Of a stretch of DNA of 64,000 bases, positions 1-13,447 are shown piece by piece. How positions within the stretch are numbered: the stretch's first letter is position 1; the number at the start of each line of letters is the position of its first letter. This DNA is from Vicugna vicugna. Lineage: Eukaryota. The stretch spans positions 1,054,001-1,118,000 of the forward strand of contig MU057865.1 in assembly GCA_013265495.1 (NCBI GenBank), given 5' to 3'. Made by a program: the position numbers and the translations under genes. The notes below the pieces were generated by a model that ran no database searches, was not told the DNA's origin, and saw only the letters and a program-made list of their open reading frames with translations.

Positions 1-269
1 AAGCATGAACTCCACTTTGGCAAAATATAATCAGACACCGAGGAGTAGACACAACAGAGTATTCGATTTTACCCAAAGATTTACTTTGTCTTGGCTAGCC
101 TGTATCAACAGCACCAGGACTACAATGGCTACCCTTCTCGGGGTAATGTTGCCTGGCGTCTCCAATTGCAAGTATATTGATATAAAACACTGCCATTTCT
201 TGATCAACTACTTGAGCATAAAATGTACATTATTTCTATAATTCAAAGCGATTCTGTCCTCTGGTACTA

Positions 270-390
270 CCAGCATTTCATAAGTGAAAAGAATGAGAGA
301 AATTTAAGTGGCTTATGTCCGAGAAATCACAGAGAGTGGCCAAGGTGGACTTAATTCCAACTTTCTGTGATGCCAATGCCATGCTTATGC
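270..390 (-). mobile_element. MIR SINE fragment (degenerate)
   Basis: catttcataagtgaaaagaatgagaga-aatttaagtggctt...tcacagagagtggc resembles the reverse-complement MIR core; boundaries approximate. Confidence 0.5.
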
Positions 391-988
391 CACTGTGAGT
401 AGGAGATTGGATTCACTCACTTCTAGGTTCTTACCAAGTAGAAAACCTATCTTTGTGCCAAAGCAGATAATGCATCCGTACAAGGGCATCGTCGTGAGAT
501 TACTGTGCTGTGTGAGGTCAGTTAAGGACAAGTAACCGTCAGCCGGCTGTGTTGGAGAAGATTTATGGAGGATGCCTGACCTGAAGTGCATCGTTTAAGA
601 TGCAGAAGCGTGGGTAAATACAAACGCACGAGGACAACTGAGAAAAAAATAATAGGGGAAGGAAAGGCATAAAACAGAAACTAGCCTTGCTTCTAGAAGA
701 TTCTTTGAGAATACTGACCCGACTGATAAAAGAGGGCATGCCTAAGGGAAAGAGTGAGGTTGCACGTGACAAAGACTGATTGCAAATGATCTGAAGAGCC
801 AGGTACTTATAGTCACACAAGCAAAGGGGGAAATTTGATAATTGAACATTAATGATATTTCTTCAACAGACACTGATAATTTATTTAGTTTTTTTTGGCT
901 AATGACCTCAAAGATTATTTCATTCCAAAATTTTGTTTTCACATTGAATCTAAGGAGAGTGTATTGTGTACCATCAGCTTCCAACATT

Positions 989-990
<2 letters not shown>

Positions 991-1023
<33 letters not shown>
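991..1023. repeat. (CA)n microsatellite
   Basis: about 16 perfect CA units. Confidence 0.95.
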
Positions 1024-1026
<3 letters not shown>

Positions 1027-2397
1027 TTTTGATTTATGTTCTTGAAGCAGTGGGCTTGTTCCTGCACCTTTAAGCAATTGGACAAATGAAATCAGCTAAG
1101 GGAATTTAAGGTAACATAAAAATAGAATGTCTGCAGTCCAAAAGAAATCATGGGCTGAAGGGAAGGAAACTAAGCAAGATTGTAGGAGGTCTCAGACAAA
1201 CGCCAGGACGTGAAGAAGAAAGAATTACAACAAAAGGCAAGAAAAAGCCAACAGGTAGAAGTGCTGGGAGCAGCTAAGAAGAGCTCAGGAAAAGGCCAAA
1301 ATGATTACTGCTCCAAAGCAAAGAGACACGTTGATGCTTTTTTCTTTTTTTAATCTTTTTTTTTTAAGTCTGACTCGTCCAAGATTAATATGGGGGGAAG
1401 AAAAACACACTGGTTTCACTTTTGTAGATAAAGCTTTAGGTCTTAAATAATGAAGTTTTTGTTTTTGTTTTTTTTGCTGTTATTCTATGTTTGAAAGCTG
1501 CAAAAAAAAAATCCTGTTTTAAAGTACTTATTACTTTGTCGTTGCAAAGGGAGAAATAGGTTCCTTTGGACTACCTTTCTGAAAGACAGAGGCTCACAGA
1601 GCTGAAAGTAGGCTCAGGAAGTTATTTTGTCTCCTGCAGAAGCAACATGGAAGACCCTAAATCTGTCTTTCTGTACGTGTATTCTTTCTTCCACTGTATG
1701 TTAATATCCATTCACTGAACAACTGGTTTTTCCAGACACCTTGCATATCATTTAATTCTCTCCATTGCACTGCATTCCAATTTAACTTTAGAGAATTAAT
1801 AAGGCAAAATAAATAGGTACACTTTTTGTAGTAGAGCTGAAATTAGATGCAATGGCAGCCAAATTTCCACGGTCATGTTAACATCATACAGAGGGGCTCA
1901 TCTTTTTTTGTGGTGCCTTGAAATCTCTGATGTCCTCATGTTCTACCATTCCTATCCTCCTCAACTCCACTCTCTTCTATGGCAGGGATGAAAGATCAAT
2001 ATTATATACATTTCAATGAACGTACGTCATCACCTCTATGACGGTTGCCTGTTGTCTTACTAACGCAAGACTTGACTCTCTGTTGGCTTGAATTTTAAGC
2101 TTTAATCTTAAATTTTCCTAAATCATCTCTGTTTTGAAAGATCCTCAGGGATGGGGTTGCTATATACCCGCCTTGGTTACCTTCCCAGTCTTTAATTGCT
2201 CTTTAGATCAAACCATTTTCATTTGGACCTACAAGAGTTGTTCCTGCAGGCTTAAGCCTGTCCTTGAAGTGCTGTTGTCAGCCCATCCATCTGGCTGACA
2301 GCATCTTCAAGCTGGCACAGTTCCCGGGTCTGCTTTCTTCACCATCAAAATTTATTTCTATATTCAAATAGACTTAAGAAATGGTGGGGGGTAGATT

Positions 2398-2889
2398 TGT
2401 TACTGAGTCCAAGCTCATACTGCTCACCCCATGACAGAGGTGTTGGGGCAAGGAATAGCAAGTTTATTTGGAAAGCCAGCAGACCAAGAAGATGGTGGAC
2501 TAGTGTTCCAAGAAATCATATTACCCAAGTTATAATTTGGGTTTCTTTTATACTAAAAGGGGAGGGGTTGTGGCTGGTTGTTGCAAACTTCTTGGTGCCA
2601 GAATCCTTTGTTCTTGTAGCCATCCACTCTGGTCACAAAGTTCCTGTAAACCTCCAACAAGACAAGTATTATTGTCTATTCTGCAACTTTTGATCTCTAT
2701 ATGAATGGAAAGGTGCTACATTTAAAGGTCAGAGCCTTGAGAATGGGCTTCCCTATATATTTCAGGCTAAAGGCAGCATTCTTTTACAAAAGGTGCAGAG
2801 CCAGCATGACTCAGCACAGGCAACAGAGCACAGGGTTAGAGCTAAAGGAATAGGTCCAATATGGAGTCAGGGTCATTCTTCTTGTCACA
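2398..2889 (-). mobile_element. ERV1-type solo LTR, family A copy 1
   Basis: TGTTAC...CACA termini; clearly homologous to 4996-5440 and 60081-60630 (ggggcaaggaa, ggaaagccagcagacc, gttgcaaacttct, tatggagtcag); minus-strand AATAAA near the left end; TSD not preserved (gatt/gtct). Confidence 0.85.
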
Positions 2890-2989
2890 GTCTTGTTAGT
2901 GTTGGGGGCCTCTTCTGTTCACCACGTTCACCATAAATATGAAGAACTTACTATATTTTGCCTTGCTTTGCAAAGTGTTTTCACTCTGT

Positions 2990-3160
2990 CTCTTTTATTC
3001 TCAGTAAGAACTTGATGATGGAAGTCCTATTCTTATCCCCACGTTGCAACAGGTGGATGGCTTAGAGAGGTTAAGTAGCCTGCCTAAAGTTACATGCTTT
3101 GTCAATAATAGAGATGGAATTAGAGTAGTCCGACCTCTGAGAGTGTTTTAATGTACTATA
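2990..3160 (-). mobile_element. MIR SINE
   Basis: cttatccccacgttgcaacaggtggatggcttagagaggttaagtagcctgcctaaagttaca matches the reverse MIR core. Confidence 0.7.
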
Positions 3161-3812
3161 CAAAACTGCATTTACAGTACGTATTTCTGTCATTGATTAA
3201 ATAAGGTCTTCTTCATCCTAACATTGCATACATTGATATATACTTTTCTTTTTAGCTTTCTATGGCTCACATTTTATATTTTGAGATTTAAACTATTTTG
3301 TTTAGTGTTGGTATAAGCTGTGAAGTGTATATTCAACTTTATTCAGTAATTTGGGGCAAACCAATGGACTTTTTAGAAGAAAAAGAGTCTAACATTTGTG
3401 TGTTGAATTGAGTAGAGACTTAAAGAATGGATTAAAATGGAGATACAGATATATGACAGCATATTTTGCAACTGGGGTTTGGTATAAGTTGAAGCCCATG
3501 ATTAATAAAATACTACAAAAATAAGAAAACTGTAGAAACCAGCTTAAGTGATATACAGGATTGCACATTAATACTGGGTAGTTAAGTTTAAGCCTGGTCT
3601 TAAACACATCCTTTCCTATGGCACTCCAACCAAGAATGCTACTTGAAATCCAGAGATAACAATTATTCCATGTGTATGCCTAGAATCCCAGAGCAAAGTT
3701 GGAGCTACATATGTGATGTTTTTGGTATCTCCTCTCTCAGTCACTCTGGAAAGTGTCTGTTCCCATTTGACTAGTCTCGGGGAGAAAAGGAGAAATGAGA
3801 TCTTTGGTAACA

Positions 3813-3847
3813 TAAAACAAAACAAAACAAAACAAAACAAAAAACAA
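3813..3847. repeat. (AAAAC)n microsatellite
   Basis: direct reading. Confidence 0.9.
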
Positions 3848-4995
3848 AGAACTATGGATTTAAAAAAACATTGACCTAATATCATTTATTCAGGGAAATA
3901 AAAAAATGTAATTTTTATGTACAGTCATTGTTTATATTTAATATTTGTTTTTTGGTTTATTATTTTTTTCCTTGAGAGCTCTCCCAGCATAGTGAAAGAT
4001 GGTTACAAGCCTTTCTAGCCCTTCTTCCCTTCCCCCTCTTCTCTTCTAGACAAATAAATTAAAGTAATTTTGCTACTGTGATCCCGAAAAGTTGGGTTGC
4101 TGGTTTAAACCCTGAGCTTATTTCTCTGTCAGAACCTAAAATATACCTCACTAATTCTAGAGGAATTCTTGGCTTTGGTTATATTTTTAAATATGGTCCT
4201 GCAAAGTCACAGTTGGCTTTCCAAGATGCAGTGACAGTTTCCAAATTCATGGCAACCATAAGAAACACAAATCTGCATTCATGGCTTTATAGACCAAGAA
4301 AAAGGAACTATTTCAAGTCAAAAATGACTCACTAGGGCAATTTCTGTTGGGCTAGCTGGAAGCAGTATGTATTTCTATTAGTCACCATTTCTTGAGAAAT
4401 TTTCATCTCGCCAGAATACCCTTTCTATCATAAATAAACTGTTTTTCATTGGCTCAGAATATAAAAACAATTAAAGAGTCAAATCATTCTGAACAGCTTA
4501 CCTATTATGATGTATGAGTTCAGAAAACCTGTGCTAGCATCTTTGTTCATGCATTATCCTTGCATCATCAGTGAAAATAAGTTTTATAATGACAGTTATC
4601 TCTTCCAGCTGTTTAGAAACATTGCAATGTGTGACAGGACAAGAGAAAGACAAAGTATTTTTATTCAGAGAAAGGGGATTCAATGGAAGAAAAAAAATGA
4701 TGAAAATATTTAGATTACTTTAGTGGGCTGATTCTCACTCATGAAAAGTTCTTGGCTAAAATATTTAAACTGGAAGATATGGCAATGGAAGTGAACATGC
4801 AAATCTTATTTATCTCTACTTGGATTAACTTTACATTTGTATGGAAAGGGCCAATAAGAAGCAGAATGTGGATCTTCGCTTCAGGTGTTTGTTGATGTCA
4901 CTGGTCAACATGGAGATGACAGGTGATCCCAAATGAGCGCGGTGAAGCTACGGAACCAGTTTCTTTACAGAAATATGCTATTTGAATGTTATTTT

Positions 4996-5440
4996 TGTTA
5001 CCACGTCCAAACTCGTTCTGCTTGCCACACGACAAGTTAATAAATCGGGAGACGAGGTGTTGGGGCAAGGAAGAGTGACTTTATTCGGAAAGCCAGCAGA
5101 CCGAGAGGATGGCAGACTAATGTCTTAGAGAAACATCCTGCTCCAGTCAGAATACAGGCTCCTTGTATACAAAAAAAAAAAAAAAAAAAAGGAGGGGGTG
5201 TGGTTGGTTGTTGCAAACTTCTTTCTGCAGGAATTCTTTGTTTCTGCAGCCGTCCATGTGGGCCAGGTCATGGTGCTCCTGCAAAACGTCCAACAAAACA
5301 AACACTATTCTCTATTCTGCAACTTTGCTATCTTTACGTGAGTGCAGAGCCAGCAAGACTAAGCCTGGGGAACAGGGCACAGCCATCAGAGCCAAAAGGA
5401 ACAGATCCAATATGGAGTCAGATTTGTTCTCCTCTATTAC
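4996..5440 (-). mobile_element. ERV1-type solo LTR, family A copy 2 (internal ~90 bp deletion)
   Basis: starts TGTTACC; aligns to 60081-60630 except for one missing segment; internal A-run; minus-strand AATAAA (gactttattcgg). Confidence 0.85.
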
Positions 5441-6981
5441 TTTGGCTTTGGAGCAATATTTTTTTTCCCCTAGAATCAAAATTTCTCTAAGAAAAATAAA
5501 AACTTTCTAAACTTCCCCCTTGGTAACCCAAATTAGATTTATTAGAAATTCTAGACTCTCAGTTGTCCTTCAGTAAGTACATTACGTTGAATGGACTGTG
5601 CCAAGTGCCTTGTGTCCTAGAACTGGAGAGGAACCTTGAATTTTACCTAGTTCATTGTTATCTTAAAAAAAATTTTCCCAGTTTAATTAATCGTGTGAAG
5701 ACAAGCTAATTTCCAACAAGAGTGCTAATGTTTGTCACCTGTATGAAGGGAATCAACAGAAAGAGAAACATAAACACACTTGGCAGCTCTATGCTTGTAT
5801 TAATTTTTTTTTTCCTGGAGATTTTCTTGGAGTATCTGAAACCATAGTACAATAAAATAAATACATAAACTTCGGCTACTGTAGCCAACAGAAATATAAT
5901 TACATTAATAAAACTGGTAGAGTTCTAGAATAAAAGAGAAAATTGTGTGAGTTTTTTTTTTTTGCCTGTCATGGAGATCATTTCTATGTGAGTATAGAAA
6001 AACCTCCATTGGATGTGTCAGGGTGAAATGGTTCTTATTGACATGTTTGAAACTCAGAGCAGACAAACCACCTTCGAGGGTGTTCTGATAAGGTATGAAA
6101 AAGTCCTTTTATAGAGGCAATGAAGTGTTTTTCTTCTGAAGCCCAGAAGATGACTTGCAGTGGACTTGTACTGTTAAGCAGTCTAAGACTTTGAGTAGAT
6201 AATCAAAAATGGCCTGCTTACATTGCAAAAGTAGCAATGAGATTTGTGTGTGTGTGTGTGTGTGACTTTTGGAACCAGGAAAGGACTAGAATGACTAAGG
6301 AAAACATCTTAGCCCATTGAACAAAATTAATACATATTTTTATTGCCCTCAATTTCTAACAGATTGCAAGAAATGCCTGGATGAAAAGTCAGCGCATCTC
6401 TAAAGAACAGAGAAGAGCAGTACTAGGCCCTGGTGAATTATTAGGTACGGTTGAGTAGAACTGATTTTATACAGCCCTTCACATATACTCCAATGTTGCA
6501 GGATTTCCAGCAGATTCTATACAGGTAATTCATAAAGTGAGGCAAGCAGATTTTTGCAAAATAATATAAGGCACAGGGTGGAGAATAATTAGATCTATTT
6601 TAAAATGAATTTAGATCAAACATATATTGTCTGGCTCCAAATTAAATGAACAGAAAACTAGAGAACATCATTTTGCTGTCAGCATTTAGGAAATGACCTT
6701 AGACTATGTCCACATCTCAAATGTACTTAGTGGGGCAGCTCCAGTCAGGTCAATAAACTGCTCTTACCTTCACCTACAGACTATGGATTTGAAATATATA
6801 TATTTTTTAAGTAGGCAAAAAGGACTTATTCTTAAACTCTTTTTATCCTGGCAAACTTCAGTCAGATTCCTAACCTCTCTCCATCCACTTGCCCTGGTTG
6901 GACGTTTGGGACTTGAGTATTTCTTACCAACAAGAGTAGATTCTGATCTGATTATTTACTTTAAATCTTGATACCTACCCA

Positions 6982-8530
6982 TTTTTTCTTGTATTGTTAT
7001 TATTGAAGTATAGTCAGTTTATAATGTTGTGTTAATTTCTGGTGTACAGCATAAGCGTCGAGTCATACATATACATACATATATTTGTTTTCATATGCTT
7101 TTTCATTATAGGTTACTACAAGATATTGAATATAGCTCCCTGTGCTCTACAGTAGAAATGTGCTGTTTACCTGTCTTTTATTTAGTAGTTAGTATCTGCA
7201 AATCTTGAACTCCCAATTTATCCCTTCCCACCCCCTTCTCCCCTGGTAACCATAAGTTTGTTTTTTATGTATGTGAGTCTGCTTCTGTTTTGTAATTAAG
7301 TTCATTTGTCTTTTTTTAGATTCCACATATAAGTGATATCATATGGTATTTTTCTTTATGGCTTAACTTCACTTAGAATAACGACCTCCAGGTCCATCCC
7401 TATTGCTGCAAATGATGTTATTTCATTATTTTTTATGGCTGAGTAGTATTCCATTGTATAAATGCCACAACTTCTTTATCCAGTCATCTGTCAATGGACA
7501 TTTAGGGTGTTTCCATATCTTAGCAATTGTAAATAGCACTGCTGTGAACATTGGGGTGTATGTATCTTTTGATATTAAAGTTCCCTCTGGATATATGCCC
7601 AGGAGTGGGATTGCTGGATCTCACGGTAAGTTTATTTTAAGTTTTTTGAGGTCTCTCCATACCGTTTTCCATAATGGCTGCACCAAACTACATTCCCATC
7701 AGCAGTATAGGAGGGCTCCCTTTCTCCACAGCCTCTCCAGCATTTATCATTCATGGGATTTTGAATGATGGCCATTCTGACTGGTGTGAGGTGATACCTC
7801 ATTGTACTTTTGATTTGCATTTCTCTGATAATTAGTGATATTGAGCATTTTTTCGTGTGTCTATTGGCTATTTGTATGTCTTCATTAGAGAATTGCTGGT
7901 TTAGGTCTTCTGCTCATTTTTGGATTCTTTTTTTTTAATTAAGCTGTGTGAGCTGTTTATATTCTGGAAATTAAGCCTTTATCAGTCTCCTCTTTTGCAA
8001 ATATTTTCTCCCAATCTGTAGGTTGTCTTTTAGTTTTGCTTGTGGTTTCCTTTGCTGTGCAAAAGCTTATAAGTTTAATTAGGTCCCATTTGTTTACTTT
8101 TACTCTTATTTCTATTGTCTGAGTAGACTGTCCTGGGACAACATTGTTAAGATTGATGCCAGATAATGTTTTGCCTATGTTTTCTTCTAGGAGACTTACT
8201 GTGCCTTGTCTTATATTTAAGTCTTTAAGCCATTTTGAGTTTATTTCTGTGTATGGTGTGGGGGAGTGTTCTAACTTCATTGATTTCCATGCAGCTGTCC
8301 AGTTTTCCAAACACCATTTGCTGAAGAGACTGTCATTTCTCCACTATATATTCTTGTCTCCTTTGTCGAAGATTAATTGACCATAGGTCTGTGGATTTAT
8401 TTCTGGTCTCTCTATTCTGTTCCATTGATCCATGTGTCTGTTTTTATGCCAGTACCAGGCTGTTTTGATGACTGTATCTCTGTGGTATTATCTTAAGTCT
8501 GGGAGGGTTATTTTTCCAGCTTCATTCTGC
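6982..8530 (-). mobile_element. LINE-1, 5'-truncated (ORF2 C-terminal part plus 3'UTR), disrupted
   Basis: minus ORFs 7957-8310 (ENWTAAWKSMKLEHSPTPYTEINSKWLKDLNIR...) and 7632-7820 ([19 protein letters not shown]...) are L1 ORF2; typical L1 3'UTR; possible TSD cctacccat (6974-6982)/cctgcccat (8541-8549). Confidence 0.95.
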
Positions 8531-10378
8531 TGTCTGCCAGCCTGCCCATGTCTTCCAGTTCTATCTTCAAATCAGATTCTAAGAACTCCTTAGGTATGGT
8601 TAATTCTCATGATGAATCCCTTCATTTTGTGTCCATCTTTGCCCAGCAGTAATCAACTGGTAATTGAGATCACAAACATGCCACTTTTATAAAGTGAAAT
8701 ACATAAATAATTTTAGCTAAGTTAATATCCTCTAATAGACATGCCTGTTGTGCTGATAACTTTTACCCAAAACAAATTCTCCATCAGAACTTTTGCTGGT
8801 GCTACCTCATCTGCCTGAAATAATTCTCTTTTAGCTCCCTTTATCTCACTTCCTTATCTTCTCCTTTTGTCTCTTTCTCTCCCTGTCTTCTTACCTTCCT
8901 TACTCCATTCTCCTCCATCATTTTTGGAGGTTTACTATTTCATGCCCCCTACTATCTCATTCTACCTTGCTACAGATGTACCATCTGGAGCTACAGCAAT
9001 ACTTAGTAAACAAGAGGAAACAGTCATGGGGCTGAAGCCAAGGTACCAATGTAGATGAATGCAATGACTGATAAAAATGCTCTGAGTCCTTGACGGCATA
9101 GCTAGACCCACCATTGGCTCTTATTGTGGGAGAATAACAAAATGAAACAAAAGCAAAAAGCCAAAAACCTATTTAGTTTAGCCAATCTTAAATTTTTGAT
9201 TGACTTCAGCCAAATATAATTCTAACGAATAAAATAATCAAAACATATTGTGGAATGGATGAGTAAATGAATGAATGTAGGCTTGTCCATGCTAGCTTTA
9301 GCTACTCATGATGCTCCTTCTGTAAACTCCTATATATTTTGTTTGATGACATTCAATATGTAGAATTATTACTGGGTTTTCTATTTCTTCAAAGGTAAAG
9401 GTTATGACTTACTCTCCTTTCTTTCTCTATTAGATCGTATGTGGCAAGAACTTGACGATTATGATGATAATGATAATGGTGATGAGGCTGGTAACAGTCG
9501 TAAAACACCTGCAGTGAAAATAATTTAACTTCACTGTCATTTGCTCACTTACTTCAAACTATGACTGAATCGATTCTACTATTTCCAGACAAAGCCATTA
9601 TGATAAACATCGGTGTTTGCTGTAACTGTAGCAACAGTAGTTGACCTTAAATTTGCATCTTCAGCTTCATGTTGAAGAGATCTTAAAACAAGGTCTCTAA
9701 CGGATACCAGCTTTGGCATGACCCTCCAGCCCACAGATGTGCCCACACAAGCTTACAGACAGTTTGGTGGTCTTCAGGGAGAAGTACAGTCAGTCTGACT
9801 TAAACTGGTTGCCAGCACAACTTGTTCTTTTCATTAAAGGGTTTTTACTCTCAGATTTGCTAGCAAAAATATGGTATTTCCCCCCAGCCCCACTCTATTT
9901 AAAGTCATTCTGCCCTTCATAGAATACAAATGAATGATTATGGATCCAAAAATACAGGAAAGTGAGAAGACCTCTTCACTGAAATGTACCAGAGCTGCCA
10001 GAGTCTTCTGACGGTCAGTGTCTGTTGGAGACTGTGCTGTCATTTCCCCTTCACCCTGTCAGTCCACCACACACTGTGTCACAGCTCCTTTACCCACAGA
10101 TAGTTCTTAACTAGGTGAGGTTAAGACTTAGCGCAGCTTTCAGTGGGCATTCTGAAGTCTGAGGCTCTTCATGAAACGCATTCTGCAAATACCGATTAGT
10201 AAAAATAAAAGCACCTACAGTCACTAAATTCGTGCAGAGGGAAAGGTTGCGGGCTGTTGACTAGGCAGTCACCATTGCTGCCAGTTGCTTTTGTAAAGTA
10301 TACATTAGGCTTTATTGACGCTCAACCACTCATCATAGATTCTGTTCTCGACCAGATGACTTCACCCCAAGTGACTAC

Positions 10379-11098
10379 TGTCGACTGAATTAAACGCACA
10401 GCCTAAAAGTCGAGAGTGATGTTTTATTTGGTGGGCCATTTCTGAGGACTCGAACCCCTTCGAGCCCGGAATGACAGCCTCTCCGATGGCTCTGAGGGGC
10501 TGCTCCCAAGAGGTAGGGGAGGAACCAGGAGATACAGGAGCTTCACAACAGAGACCAGGTAGCTGGAACAGTAAAAGAGTGCTAGTTAAGTGAAGAAAGT
10601 CAGGCATCTCAAGTTAAAGAATTTAGTGCTCTTCTATGTGTGGGAGGGAGCAAACACTCAGGCTCATTGAATTCATTCTTTTGACAATCGGGATGACAGC
10701 CCCCCAGATCGCTCTGAGGGGCTGCTCCCAAGAGGTAGGGGAGGAACCAGGATAAACAGGAGATTCACAACAGAGGCCAGGTAGCTGGAACAGTAAAAGA
10801 GTGCTAGTTAAGTGAAGAAAGCCAGGCATCTCAAGTTAAAGAATTTAGTGCTCTTCTATGTATGGGAGGGAGCAAACACTCAGGCTCATTGAATTCATTC
10901 TTTTGACAAGCACCTCGCTATCCAGGGCCAGTGTCCTGTCCTTTCTTGTTCTGAGTCCCCTCAGGGTGCACCGCTGTGAGAGGCTGCAGAGGCCGGGCTG
11001 CGGGCTTGTCTTCCCTGGGGGGTGAGGCAGCCGCTGATGACTTGATGGCTTCAGCGTTCTTGGTTTACTGATATGGCTTGCAGTATTTTTCATTCACA
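10379..11098 (-). mobile_element. ERV1-type solo LTR with an internal 222-bp tandem duplication
   Basis: TG...CA termini, 4-bp TSD ctac/ctat, minus-strand AATAAA near 10425, relatively CpG-rich. Confidence 0.85.
10466..10909. repeat. 222-bp tandem duplication (2 units, ~95% identical)
   Basis: units 10466-10687 and 10688-10909; about 12 mismatches by manual alignment. Confidence 0.95.
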
Positions 11099-11949
11099 CT
11101 ATTAAAGTCTAGAAATAAAGCTATTTAAGGACAAAATCTTGTTAGGTCGATTAGAAAAGATTTAGGATGAGGTTTTGAAAGTTTGTCAATTTGGAGCAAG
11201 CTTTTATCTCAAACTCAAACCGACCTCAGGCCGTGAAGTAGCGGCTTCCCTTTGTAACCACCACTTTGCCATGTTCACATGTACCAACAGGCAGTTTTCC
11301 CTCAGCTGCCAGAAGTGCTCTGCCACCTTCTAGCCTACCCCACCCTATCTCTATTTTCCTGTGACTTCTAAGGGTTATGCCTTTTCCAGTTTCTGAAAAT
11401 AAGCAATTTCTAAGCCACTGTCACTTGCAGGCATATTTTAAACTTTTAAGAGACCAAAAGACATACAAGTGAACCTGAGAGATTAAAGAGCAAAGCATAT
11501 GTGCATGGTGGATTGTAGGTGCCCCTTTCCTGTTTCTTCTGAATTTTTTCCAGGCAGAAAATAAAAAAGGCCACACCAGTTATGAAATGTCATTATAGTC
11601 ACTTCCAGAGTGATGAACCAATTGGAAGAATGGACCTTAGTACATATTTATAACAGTCAATCTCTCTTCTACTAAATGTATGTGGGGGTGTGTGTGGATT
11701 TGTGTGCATAATTATTATTATTTATGTAGGTGATGCTGATGATAATCAGTGTCTCATTACATTAATTTAAACTTTCTAATTGTTCAATAAATGAAGATAG
11801 AAGTCATTTTTTTCAAAGAAGAAAAGAATATTAACTCTTTCAATGCAATTTCCATAAATGTAAAAATGTTTGATTTCATGAATATTTGTTAAAACTAATT
11901 GTCATTAACTATAGAAAGTTTTATTCATTTTTTTAAAGTCAGCCCTACA

Positions 11950-12966
11950 GCATTTTCCCCTTGTAAAGATATCTATCTTTGCTTGAATATCACCGGAAGA
12001 GCCATTCTCAGTTGTATGATACAGAGGACAAGTTCTTCAATTATTGAAAACTCATTTAAGTCAAAACCAGCATCCTCGTGTCCTCTTTTCAGTGGTGTAA
12101 GTTGAGTTGTTTGGAAGAGAAGAAATAAAATCTATCGCCTTTCTACTTATCAGTGTTTTTTAATGTTAATAACCCTTAGTTTAATCTTCAGGCTAAATAC
12201 AGCTAGTTTCTTTGATAGCAATTGGAGCAATATAATTCCCAGACAATTTGCAATACTGAGCAACTTCCTCGGACTCCCACTCCTCATTTTGCCAGTGCAT
12301 CCCTACAATGCAGAACCATTAGTGAGGCCTGAGCCTCACAGGTGATATGATCTATGAAAAACGCAGCAGAACAATGACTTTTCATTATGTCAACAAAACC
12401 CATATATTAATGAAGTCTAAATTCAATTGCATTGCATTCTGGCTTTCTATTAATTGGCAGTGAGTTAATAACCCCAGATCTTTCAACATGACAGCTTTTA
12501 AACCAATTTTTTACTACCCCAAACTTTAAAAACTTAATCTTTTGGGATCTAAGTTAAAAGCAACAAAATGTACCCCAATTTTTTTTTATCTATTCATGAC
12601 GAAGTAATATTTCAGTCAGGAGGACAATTTTGAGTCTAGAATAAGCTATGGAATTATTTATTCTTCTTAGTTTTGTATAACCACAATTTTGATACACAAA
12701 CCTTTGATATCTTCATTTAAATTTTTGGTGTATTGTTCTTCTGCCAGGCCAAGGGCAGAATTGTGGTAACATTACAACGTTTTCTTTTTTTTTTTTTGAC
12801 ATAGAGCTATTATATGACATTTTAAATAAGAAGGAGCTGGCGTAATTTCTCACTAATTATGAATCTATGAATTGGTACTGTCATATAACTCACATTTTCC
12901 CACTTATCAACAAGGATATCAGATGCTGAGAGAAGTTATCCAAAAGCCTTATTACCCAGATCTATG
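11950..12966 (-). mobile_element. CR1/L3 LINE remnant (ancient)
   Basis: motifs ctttgcttgaata, cttcaggctaaata, tattaatgaagtctaaatt, aataaccccagatctttc and caacaaggatatca match the reverse L3 consensus in order; highly diverged. Confidence 0.6.
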
Positions 12967-13447
12967 TGTCACCAGAGGATAGGTTCTTATTTCAGGTAGG
13001 AAAGAATTCAAGAATGAGCCATAGTAATATGAAAATATTTTTATTCAAGGAGACAGACGCTCCACAGAGAGAGTGCAGGCTGTCAGAGGGCTCAGAGACA
13101 GTCCCGACGCGTAGGGGTGGCTCGTTTCCATGGGCTGGGTAATTTCATATGCTAACAAGGGGGAGGGTTATTGCAACTCTTTTGGGGAAGGGGCAGGGAT
13201 TTCCAGGAATTGGACCCTGCCCACTTTTTGGCCTTTTATGGTGAGCCTTGGAGCTATCAGGGCTTCCATGGGTGAGTGAGATAGCAGCTAATGTACTACA
13301 ATGAGTGTATAATGAGGCTCAAGGTCTACTGGAAGTTGAATCTTCCACCATCTTGGGCCAGTTTGGTTCTAGCCAGTTTATGTCCTGTCCCCAGTTGCTG
13401 TGTCATTCTTTTAATGGCTGTGCCCTGCCCCTTTCCCTCTGGTCCCA
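12967..13447 (-). mobile_element. ERV1-type solo LTR (different family)
   Basis: TG...CA termini, near-TSD tatg/taag, minus-strand AATAAA near 13040; gggctgggtaatttcatatgctaa...ggggaaggggcagggatttccaggaattgg typical of an ERV1 LTR. Confidence 0.75.

Noticed and set aside
99..142. 44-nt exon-like segment (ctag|...GGG|gtaatg)
   Set aside because: Modest splice sites, unrecognised peptide, no supporting context
7403..8380. ORFs on both strands (121, 117, 78, 62 aa)
   Set aside because: Sense fragments and antisense frames of a disrupted L1
10362..11093. Apparently paralogous small ORFs (MPDFLHLTST.../MPGFLHLTST...)
   Set aside because: By-product of the 222-bp duplication in an LTR
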